Origin: Cryomorphaceae bacterium
GTDB lineage: Bacteria; Bacteroidota; Bacteroidia; Flavobacteriales; UBA7430
Direction of reading: 5' to 3'
Length of the DNA stretch: 64,000 bases
NCBI GenBank assembly: GCA_019649675.1
Contig: BOWN01000001.1
Coordinates: 463,263-527,262 of the forward strand
Below, piece by piece: positions 49,392-58,560 of the stretch (its first letter is position 1; the number at the start of each line of letters is the position of its first letter). Under the pieces are notes generated by a model. It did not search any database and had not been told where the DNA came from. It worked only from the letters and a program-made list of their open reading frames with translations. The position numbers were made by a program, and so were the translations under genes.

Positions 49392-49569
49392 TTCAATAAC
49401 CGTGGTGTAGTATATAATCACTCCAACCCTTCGTTATAAATGCCATATGGGCTTTACCCTCTTCTAGCAGAATGGTCTAAAAGCATAGATTTTATCTAGG
49501 TTCTCGTAAAGGTGTTCGATAACTGGAACGTCATGGGTACTTCAAACCTTCTCAGAAATAGGGGTTTTT
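49392..49569. repeat. Island repeat copy A (most divergent)
   Basis: TTCAATAAC..GTAGTATA left end; GTTCGATAA; GGGTAC followed by AACCTTCTCAGAAAT..GGTTTTT. Confidence 0.7.
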
Positions 49570-49606
49570 GTTTTTTGTATCTTTACTTTTCTTATTCCCC
49601 AAGACT

Positions 49607-51238
49607 ATGAAAAACTACTTTACATATTACTATTTGTTCCTTTTACTTTGTTTGGGCAAGAGAATGACCCTTGTTATTCGCTTTTAATAATATTTATCAA
49701 GAAATTGAAGAATATAATCCCCCCACTCAGTATTGATTTAAACGTTGGTTGGAATTTAATCGGTTATCCATGTGCAGAAGGAGAAAATGCTGAAGCTGCA
49801 TTTAACTTAATTGTTGAAAATATTGAAATTGTAAAAATAATGGTGGCTACGTTTATTGGCCTGAATTCGATTTTAATGGGATTGGCGATTTAAACCCTGG
49901 ACAGGGTTATCAAATTAAGTTATATGATATTGAGACTAATTTTTCATTTTGTAATTCTATTTCATTTCCGGAAGTTCTTGGTTGTACTTACTGTGAATCA
50001 TTAAATTTTAATCCCTTTGCAAATATTGATGATGGAAGTTGTATTTCTGTGATTGAGGGATGTATGAACCCTGTTGCAATAAATTATGACTTCAATGCAA
50101 ATTTGAATATAACTGTGAGTACTATAATACATCCGCAATTTCAGATTCAAACTTTTTATATTTTCTTAATAATAATTTATCCATCTCTTATAGTTAATGA
50201 TTCTCTTAATATTGATGAGGCTTCACACGGTTTCTTTCTTAGAGATTTTTGATGACCAAAATGGTATTTCAAATATAGATGAGTTGGAATATTTTGTTAA
50301 TTTAGATACCTTGATTATCGAGCATCTTGATATTATTCCAGACATAACAGCGTTAACCAATCTAGATAGACTTCTACTATCAGGTCTTCTAATTTCTAGT
50401 TCACTCAATTTATTCTGGATTAATAAATTTAACTTATTTAGAATTAATGAATGTAGATTCTATAATTCAATTGGATTTAGCAGAATTAATTAACCTAGAG
50501 AGTCTTAAAATTCGTTTAAATGATAATTTAGAAAGTGTTTCTGGAATGAATAATCTAAATTTGAATTTAAGTTTCACTAGTTTCATTGGTAATCCAAATT
50601 TAGAATGCCTTGAAGGGATACCACCGTTTTATGATTTAGCTGCGTCTGCTCCACCTCTTGCTTAACAAATGAAGATATTCTTAATGGAAATATTTCTAAT
50701 CTTAAAAAAAGTGATTATTGATTCTTTACAGACAGAATTAGATTCAATTACATTGTCTGGTTGTTCTGATATTTAGTTTGTAATTACCATCAGTCTTACG
50801 TTTACGATGATGGCTCTTGTGTTTTTCCAGAGGAGGGTTATAATTGTCAAGGTGATTTTATTTTTAAGTATTGAGACTTTGCGTTTGGTGGAATTATTTT
50901 TCAGATTAATCAAAATGGTTCTTGGAATGGTTGCTGCACCTGAAGATATTGGTGCATTTCCCAATGGGATGACGCACTCACTGATGCTTCTAGTTATACA
51001 TATGGTGGATATAAGCTGGTATTTGCCTGGCTTAAATGAACTGAACTTATGTATAATACAATTGGTCAAGGGGGGAACTAATGTTGGTAATTTCTGCAAA
51101 TAGTTGGTGTATTGGTCTTGTTGGCAATATAGTAATATGTATTCATATCATTTTTAATTTTAACACTGGTAGTTATAGTAATACTGGTTATAAAAGTAGC
51201 TCTTCCTTATCAAGTCCGCCCAATCCGTTCCTTCTAAG
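49607..51238 (+). CDS. Secreted modular protein: GWN domain, GCxD repeats, LRR segment and DUF1566/Lcl-like C-terminus (frameshifted)
   Basis: Signal ..LFG-QEND; LNVGWNLIGYPC...WPEFDFNGIGDLNPGQGYQIK; GCMNPVAINY; ELEYFVNLDTL; WYLPGLNEL; VRPIRSF*. Confidence 0.65.
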
Positions 51239-51257
51239 TACTAGTTCAATACTAGTT

Positions 51258-51406
51258 GTTCAATAACTGCTGTAGTATAATATCAAGCCTCTTCTAGCTT
51301 CCTTTTAGATTTATCCTCTATATAGCTTTTGTGCTTTTCATAGAACTTTCCAACCTTTTCAAGGTCTTCAATAAAAGAGTTCGATAAGTTCTCACCGCAT
51401 AGTGTG
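51258..51406. repeat. Island repeat copy B (lacks right hairpin)
   Basis: GTTCAATAAC..GTAGTATAA...TAGAACTTTCCAACCTT...GTCTTCAATAAAAGAGTTCGATAAGTT..CACCGCATAGTGT. Confidence 0.9.
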
Positions 51407-51412
51407 CCGTTT

Positions 51413-52472
51413 TTATTTTCCGCTTTTTCTTCTATTATCCTCTCTGCATAACATTTGGCAGTTTTCCGCTGTAGTTTTTCCGCCAGAATGCCAAGGGTCA
51501 ATATGGTCAGCTTCCATTTCGTTTAATTCAAAATGTTTCTTGCAAACTACGCATATTCCTTTTTGTCTTTCGTAGGGATTCCTCGTTTTTGCTTATCACT
51601 AAATGCACGTATGTTTTTAAGTGCTTTTCTTTACCTGTTAAAACAAGAGTATATTCCCTTATTTTGAATATCTTCGTCAAGCATTAGTTCAGTTATTTTT
51701 CTTCCAATTTTTCAGAATCAAATTTTTGGTCTTTATAATCATTGTATAAAAATCCCCATTTTAATCCTTTCATTTCTTTGCGATAATTTGGAAACGTTGC
51801 CTTTACCCAACTAATTACAGCTTGAAAATATAACCAAATTTCATTAGCATTAGGTTCGTGTTGGTTTTTATCATATAGTCTTCAATATTCCCATCAGAAA
51901 TCCAATCAATTGCTGTTTCTAAATATTCTGTCGATTGGCTGAGCCACTTAAATATTCATCTCCAATTTTAGGTCTACTGTTCTTTGCAAAATAGCGTTTT
52001 ACATCTGTAACCCAAGTACCTGAATAAACTGCATTTCGTAATTCTTGATTCGTGAGTTTTTCTCCTGCAATATTTATTGTTTTAAAACCATTCAAGTTTT
52101 TCACTATCTGTTCCTTTACAGAAATAAACCATTAATTCATAATCTAATAATTCGTCTTGTTTATCTTTTGGAAGATTATGAAAGCAAGTCCATTTATTGA
52201 AAAATCGTTGTTGACATATTGACAAATTGATATTGTTCTTTGTTGTCCATCAATTATTTCAAAATCGCCATCTTTTTAACTGCCCAATACATAACATTTA
52301 AGGGAAAGTTTTTTTTTATAGTTTCAATTACTGGTCTCGTTGTTGTCTTTAATAAAATTCTCGTTGATATGGGGGGACGAATATCTAATTTACCTCCATA
52401 TCCAAAACTTCGTTAATTTTCAATCTTTCGTAAGTTCACGTACTTTTTTTTTTTTTTTAGGTCTATGTTCAT
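51413..52472 (-). CDS. DUF262 (ParB-like) plus HNH endonuclease (frameshifted)
   Basis: [80 protein letters not shown]. Confidence 0.85.
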
Positions 52473-53519
52473 TTATAATTTCTTGTTTTAATGATTATTC
52501 TATAAAATTGACTTATACGATTTCCCTTTTTATTTTGGGATCCCTTTTTAAATCAGAAAGAGCATCTTTTTTGGGAAAATTTTTATTTTTGATTATATGG
52601 GCTTTCCCAGGGTAAAACCTATGATTTCAAATTGGTCAGGATTGTGTTTGTCAACAAATGTTTTTGGGGCACCCATTTTCCCCTTTTTAGTCCATTGGAA
52701 TATTTGCAACTTTTTAAACTTCAATCGCATCATAATTTTCATACTTCGGAAATCATCTTCATTTCCTTTGTATGCTTTATAAAGAATTAAATCTTCTGTG
52801 TGTTTCTTAACTTTTTGATTTGTAAACCAACAAAAGGATACACGTGCAATTTTTTTCCGTCATCATCTATATGGTGAAATTTTCCCCGTTTAGGAACAAC
52901 AAAACATTCCTACATTGAAATTTGTATAACCCGTTCTCATTTTGCCTTTTTTAAGAGAAAGGATTCTTTGTATGAAAAGCTTTGTTTTCCTATTATTAAA
53001 AATTTCTTGTCATATTCATCCAACTGTGAAATGTATTCTTAAATAAAGAAAACGGTGGATTACTAACTATTATGTCAGTTTTTTTAATATATCTAAACAT
53101 TCTTGACTTCTAAAATCTCCATTTCCCTTTTTTAATGCAGAGAATTCTTACGTGTTTTAAGAGATACTCTACATCACTAATATCAATGCTCCATCATTAT
53201 TAAAATTTTAACTTCATTAATTACAATTTTGATTGGCTCTTTTTTTTTGGGACTTAACTCCTTTTATGTCAAAAATAGATAATTAGTACCTAATATTTGA
53301 ACATGCATAGCGGGTTGAAATGGTTTTTTGCCGAGTAAATTGAAATTGAAGCAAAGTATTTAAAGAAATTATTTTAAAATGGGTCGTCAGCGTTACAATA
53401 AACTATTTTATCCGTGAATTGCCCTTTTGTAATGTCGAGTTTTTTTTCAATGTCAGTTAGTTGAGTATAAAACTCGTTTTTTTTAGTTTTTATAGTTTTT
53501 TTAATGTTTTATGAGCCAT
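52473..53519 (-). CDS. Adenine-specific DNA methyltransferase, EcoRI family (frameshifted)
   Basis: Fragments EFYTQLTDIE, IVYCNADDP, GNGDFRSQECL, DIIVSNPPFSLF, WFTN, NPDQFEIIG. Confidence 0.82.
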
Positions 53520-53599
53520 TCATTTAAAGTTTTTTTTTGGTTTCCATTTAAAAAAATTCAATTCCTTTTTTCGTTTTCAGCACAATGTTTGTTCAAATG

Positions 53600-53737
53600 G
53601 CACACAACTGGTTATATCCAAACAAAAGGGTTTTTGTTACTAGCTAAATATTTGGGGATAACACAACTTTTTTTTTCATTATTTTTTAAATATAAAAAAA
53701 ATTTTAAATCCAATCCAAAGGTTCATTAGTTGTATGC
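53600..53737 (-). repeat. attC-like inverted repeat upstream of the methylase
   Basis: gcacacaact (53600-53609) and agttgtatgc (53728-53737), 9 of 10 positions complementary. Confidence 0.45.
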
Positions 53738-54287
53738 GAAATACTTGTTACTTTGGGGAAAACAAAAGGCATTAACTTAATAAGCAATCCAATATGGCCG
53801 TCAAAGATGCTAACAAATATTATGAAATTTGAACTCCACAATTGAATTACTTAAACAAATACATTCAGCATTGACTCACTTCCCTATAAATTACCGGCCT
53901 TGACATACGAGATTATGAAAAAATAAAGGCCACTACGTATGAGTCAATAAAAAATAAGAGAATTCAACCATTAAAGATAAAGAAATTAGAAGCCTTTTTT
54001 GAATACTACATTTTCAGTCTAGATGTTCGGCGGGTTGAGTCGGTGTTTAGTCAATTTTCAAATGACTCTAGAGCCTATATTAAAAAAAAATATAGATAAA
54101 AAAAACATTGCAACCACCCGGGAAGAAATTTTAAATTAAAAAGGGTTTTTTTAACAGATTTCATTCTGCAATGAACTACAGTGGTGGTCGAGTGTATTAT
54201 TACAATACATTTTTAGATGAAAGTATTTCCATAAAAAAAAAACTGTCTTTTTTTATTTATGATTTTTTTTATAATAGCTACCCCTTA

Positions 54288-54468
54288 GTTCTATAACTGT
54301 ATAGTAGTATAATCCTAAGCATCTTCTAGGTTCTTCTTAGAGTTAGAGCGTATATTTTTTATGCTTTTCGTAGAACTTTCCAACCTTCTCGGGGTCTTCA
54401 AAAAAAAGAGTTCGATAAGTTCACCGCATAGTGTACTTCTAACCTTCTAAAAAGGGGAAAGGGTTTTT
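54288..54468. repeat. Island repeat copy C
   Basis: GTTCTATAAC..GTAGTATAA...GTAGAACTTTCCAACCTT...GTTCGATAAGTTCACCGCATAGTGTAC, then an error-corrupted AACCTTC hairpin. Confidence 0.9.
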
Positions 54469-54476
54469 TATATTTG
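54469..54476 (+). promoter_or_regulatory. Bacteroidota -7 promoter element
   Basis: TATATTTG matches TAnnTTTG, just upstream of the cargo ATG. Confidence 0.5.
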
Positions 54477-54483
54477 AATATTA

Positions 54484-55188
54484 TGATGGAATACAGCTTA
54501 TTATTTGTCACAATTTTTTTTATTACAACCTGTTTTATTACTGTTTTAGGTTTTTATGCAGCAAGTAAGTCTAAGGCTTTTCTAATTTTTTCACTATCCT
54601 GGATTTTAATTCAATCGGTTCTTGGTTTTTATGGTTTTCTATCAAAACATCAACTTGACGCCACCTAGGATAATGTTGTTTGGACTTTTACCAATTTTAT
54701 TAATTTTTGCATCTACATTTTTTTCATTAAAAGGTAAAAAGTTTATTGATAGTATTGACTTAAAATTACTTACGTATTGCCACACAATAAGAATCCCTAT
54801 AGAAATTATCTTAACATTATTGTACCATAAAGGATTAATGTCTGTCTTAGTTACATTTGAAGGAACTAATTTTGATATTTTAACTGGTATCTCAGCACCA
54901 ATAATCGTGTTTTTTATTTTTAGAAAAAACACTGTTCATCATCGAGCTTTGCTTCTGTGGAATTTTGTCTGTTTAATCTTGTTATTAAATGTAATTGTTA
55001 CAGCTGTGCTATCAACACCATCACCAATGCAGTTATTATCTTTAGCCCAACCAAATGTTGCAATTTTAACTTTTCCATTTAATCTACTTCCATCGTTTAT
55101 AGCCCCCCTAATGTTATATGCACATCTGATAGCAATAAGAAAAATACTTATTAAAAATTCTAAGTTCTATAACCACCTTGTAGTATAG
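54484..55188 (+). CDS. Multi-pass membrane protein of unknown function (one frameshift)
   Basis: ORFs 54474..54668 and 54622..55188 join; HTIRIPIE, TFEGTNFDILTG, QPNVA, FPFNLLP. Confidence 0.75.
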
Positions 55189-55343
55189 CCCTATACCCTT
55201 CTAGGGTCATCTTAGAATTAGACTTTATATATCTCTTTACGTTTTTCGTAGAACTTTCCAACCTTATCGAGATCTTCAATAAAAATGTTAGATAAGTTCA
55301 CCGCATAGTGAACCTCTAACCTTTTCAGAAATGAGAAGGTTTT
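55164..55343. repeat. Island repeat copy D (cleanest)
   Basis: GTTCTATAAC..GTAGTATA...GTAGAACTTTCCAACCTT...GATAAGTTCACCGCATAGTGAAC, then AACCTTTTCAGAAATGAGAAGGTTTT. Confidence 0.9.
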
Positions 55344-55349
55344 ATTTTT

Positions 55350-55357
55350 TATATTTG
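55350..55357 (+). promoter_or_regulatory. Bacteroidota -7 promoter element
   Basis: TATATTTG 22 nt upstream of ATG 55380. Confidence 0.55.
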
Positions 55358-55379
55358 ATTATCAATTAAAATTAAAACA

Positions 55380-55946
55380 ATGAAAAAATTCTCTTTGCTT
55401 ATCATTACCTTAATACTTGCAGCGCTTAACTCTTATTCTCAAGACAAACCCTTCAGGGTTGGAGTTGGGTTGGGGTTTCCAAATTTGGCAGGTTTAAATC
55501 TTGAATACGTGACCTCTGGATTTAATAATAAATTGGCAGCTAACTTAGACTATTCATCAATAAAATTAAAAGATGGAGAAATAGATTTTAACTATTCGTA
55601 TTTTGAGCTTGGTGGAAACTATTATTTTGGTCAAAAAAGTAAAGGTTTATATGGTCATCTTAGTTATGGAATAATTGGGTTTGAAGGAAACTATAGCGAC
55701 CCTGTTTACGGAATTGGAAATGGAAAAATCTCATTAAATATGATTAATTTAATGATAGGCGCAAAATGGGGTAATCGTATGTATATAAGGCCTGAAGTTG
55801 GTTTTGCTAGTTTCTTTAATGAAGCCATAATTAGTGTTGAATATACCGAGCCAACAACAAATGTTACATTAACTGTAGAAGAAGAAATTCCTAATTTTCT
55901 TAAAGATGGCTTAATCTATAATATAGGTGTAGGGCTTTCATTTTAG
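55380..55946 (+). CDS. Small outer-membrane beta-barrel-like protein
   Basis: Signal peptide (SYS-Q), alternating Gly/aromatic strands, C-terminal YNIGVGLSF. Confidence 0.7.
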   Translation: MKKFSLLIITLILAALNSYSQDKPFRVGVGLGFPNLAGLNLEYVTSGFNNKLAANLDYSSIKLKDGEIDFNYSYFELGGNYYFGQKSKGLYGHLSYGIIGFEGNYSDPVYGIGNGKISLNMINLMIGAKWGNRMYIRPEVGFASFFNEAIISVEYTEPTTNVTLTVEEEIPNFLKDGLIYNIGVGLSF

Positions 55947-56287
55947 TGTCCTATCATAATTCAAAAACAGAGGCCACCCAAATGGCTGGTTTTTCATTTG
56001 TTCTGGTTTTGTTATTGTAAACATAGACAAATAATTTATATTGTTTTAATGTATCAGGTATGTAAAGTTATTAATGGTCGCGGGAGTAAATCGAAAAGCC
56101 GATTGAGAGGGTGGCGTCATTTATTTAGACAAAATATTTTTTATTTCACTACACTCTATTTTAATCGCTGTTCTCATGACTAGTGATCTGTTCTTCGGAG
56201 GTTAAAAGTGGATTAAGTTTAACACTCTTTGCTGTTTCAGAAATAAAATATAAATAGTCTTTTAGGTTTACGAATTAACGCAGAATT

Positions 56288-56992
56288 ATGGAATTAAAAA
56301 ACAAAAACATCCTTCTTACGGGGGGTAGCTCAGGTATAGGAAAAAAAACCGCTGAGATGCTGGTTGAAAAAGGAGCAAAAGTTCTAATTACAGGGCGGTC
56401 TTACGATAAAATAGAGACAATTAAACAGCATTTGGGGGTGTTAGGGGTCTCCTTTGACATTTCTGATATAGAAAACATAGCTATAAAAACAGATGAGTGT
56501 GTTGAGCTCTTAGGGGGGCGTGTAGATGTCTTAATTAACAATGCTGGCATAGGTGAATTTGGGCCATTGGACAAAATAGATGTGACAAGCTTTCTAGAGG
56601 TTTTTAATACAAATGTATTTGGCTTAGCTTTATTAACTAAGGAGCTTATTCCTGTAATGAAAAAACAAAGTCAAGGAACCATAATTAACATTGGGTCATC
56701 TGCTAGTATTCGTGGATTTAAAAACGGAAGCGTTTATGCTGCTTCTAAATTTGCAGTGCGAGCACTATCTCAATGTTGGCAAGCAGAGTTAAGGCCCCAC
56801 AATATTCGCGTCTGTCAAGTTAATCCTAGTGAAGTAACAACTGCCTTTGCTCAGAAAGACCGAAAAGAAAGAGCGGATCTTGACCACAAACTCTCACCAA
56901 AAGAAATTGCTCACACCATTATTTCAATAATAGAGATGAGAAATAAAGGGTTTGTTCCGGAAGTGAATATCTGGGCTACTAATCCTTTTTAA
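56288..56992 (+). CDS. SDR family oxidoreductase
   Basis: TGGSSGIG, NNAG, YAASK. Confidence 0.93.
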   Translation: MELKNKNILLTGGSSGIGKKTAEMLVEKGAKVLITGRSYDKIETIKQHLGVLGVSFDISDIENIAIKTDECVELLGGRVDVLINNAGIGEFGPLDKIDVTSFLEVFNTNVFGLALLTKELIPVMKKQSQGTIINIGSSASIRGFKNGSVYAASKFAVRALSQCWQAELRPHNIRVCQVNPSEVTTAFAQKDRKERADLDHKLSPKEIAHTIISIIEMRNKGFVPEVNIWATNPF

Positions 56993-57152
56993 ACTTCACT
57001 AACCATCCTTTTAAATAAATTAATAAAACCCTGTCTCTGCTCGGTAGAAGACCTATTGAAAAATACTGGATATCGCTGTTAGATACTCCTCAATAAATTA
57101 AGACCAAAAAGATGATGTTTTTTGTATATTTACTGCACTTATCCAACACACA

Positions 57153-57503
57153 ATGAAAAAGCAATTTTACTTCTTTTTGTTTATTTTACTCTTTTTCAAC
57201 GCTTCCTGTAAAGACAGTGTATCGGGCTGTGTAGATGCCAGTGCAACCAACTATAATCCAAATGCGACTATTAATGATGAATGTTGCTATAATTGCTTCA
57301 CTTCTCTTGGTTACAGCCTTGGCGAGTATTGTAACTATAATTTAGACTTTATCCTCGAAAATGAATTTAATGGTTTGATTCAGTGCTACTCAGTAAATGG
57401 AGATATTGTTCCCGCATCAGTGCAAGAGGGTACTGCTATTCTTGACTCACAAGGAGAACCTGTATTCTGGCCTTATGCTTCTTTTAATATTTATTGCAAT
57501 TAA
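57153..57503 (+). CDS. Small Cys-rich lipoprotein with one GCxD repeat
   Basis: Lipobox-like ASC followed by GCVDASATNYNPNATIND. Confidence 0.7.
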   Translation: MKKQFYFFLFILLFFNASCKDSVSGCVDASATNYNPNATINDECCYNCFTSLGYSLGEYCNYNLDFILENEFNGLIQCYSVNGDIVPASVQEGTAILDSQGEPVFWPYASFNIYCN

Positions 57504-57615
57504 GTATTCACTTGTTTACTTTTCGCTTATAGCGTATTAATATTTAAAATAAGCTACTTATTACCTCTGTTTTAATCTCAGTTTTGTAGATTAGCGAAAA
57601 CAAAATTTATCCGTC

Positions 57616-57996
57616 ATGAGAACAAAACTTACTCTTACAATATTAGGTGCATATAATATTCTTTTTGGCTTGGTGGCTATGTTTGCGTCTGCTACAATGG
57701 CTGCGGAAATAGTTAACTCAGACAGCCTTGAAGTAATTAGAATGGGAGAGCTATTTCACATTGGTTTGGGTCATGCTATTTTTCTTTGTGGTTTGTTATT
57801 AATGTTTGCTAGAAACGCAGAGTTAGCTACTGCAAAAAATATTATATTAGCTTATATGATTGGAATAGCAATTCTTTTTTATATTTTTTTCGGGGTAATG
57901 GCAAACGAACCGTTAATTCTATTTAGCGCTTCAAATGTGGTGCCTGATTTTCTTTTCTTTGGTGTTGCCATTTTCGGTTACTTAAAAGCAAAATAG
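57616..57996 (+). CDS. Four-helix membrane protein of unknown function
   Basis: Intact ORF with four hydrophobic segments. Confidence 0.7.
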   Translation: MRTKLTLTILGAYNILFGLVAMFASATMAAEIVNSDSLEVIRMGELFHIGLGHAIFLCGLLLMFARNAELATAKNIILAYMIGIAILFYIFFGVMANEPLILFSASNVVPDFLFFGVAIFGYLKAK

Positions 57997-58060
57997 CTAA
58001 AGGCCTATATTTAAAATGCCTTCTGCTTGAGATGGCTTTTTATTTTCATTAATACATCTT

Positions 58061-58396
58061 ATGAACCAACAAGAGCGAAAAAAGGCGAAAGAGTCGATCA
58101 TAAAATCAATTGAAGAAACACAGAAAGACATTTCAAACCTTAAAGAACTAACAAAACCAATACCTCCAGAAAACGCAATTGGGCGAGTCAGCAGAATGGA
58201 CGCCATTAACAATAAAAGTGTGAGTGAAGCTGCGTTAACAAATGCCATTAACAAGCTTACTTTGTTAGAGCTTGCGCTTCAAAAAATAAATCACGAAGAT
58301 TTTGGTCTTTGCGTTAGATGCAAAAATGAAATTCCTATTCAACGGATCTTATTAATGCCTCAAAGTAACAGATGTGTTCATTGCGCTTCCAAATAA
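58061..58396 (+). CDS. TraR/DksA family C4 zinc-finger protein
   Basis: GRVSRMDAINNK, FGLCVRC..I..QR....P....CVHC. Confidence 0.9.
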   Translation: MNQQERKKAKESIIKSIEETQKDISNLKELTKPIPPENAIGRVSRMDAINNKSVSEAALTNAINKLTLLELALQKINHEDFGLCVRCKNEIPIQRILLMPQSNRCVHCASK

Positions 58397-58560
58397 CCTC
58401 ATATAGGTATGTTTATTTTGCCACTAAAGCCAATGATAGAAGTGTATTTAACTGTTGGTTTTTATTTTAAAATACAGACCTCTATTTTCAATATAATTTT
58501 ATACATTTGCTGGCCATAATAGAATGGCTAATTATTCTATTTATCAAAGAGTTAAGGACG

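Larger units (their letters stand above)
48300..55946. mobile_element. tRNA-Leu-anchored island: array of unrelated cargo genes separated by a conserved repeat
   Basis: Starts at the tRNA 3' end; defence and surface cargo; four repeat copies; no integrase recognisable; right boundary uncertain. Confidence 0.7.

Noticed and set aside
51090-51238. Diversity-generating retroelement variable region in the DUF1566-like tail
   Set aside because: No reverse transcriptase and no second near-identical template copy were seen in the window.
51283-51501. 72-aa ORF as a real gene
   Set aside because: It is a chimera of an alternative frame of the HNH gene's 3' end and repeat copy B; only the repeat-derived part is conserved.
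49392-55343. Island repeats as a CRISPR array or IS ends
   Set aside because: The units are ~150-180 bp, separated by whole genes and in direct orientation. There are no cas or transposase genes and no terminal inverted repeats.
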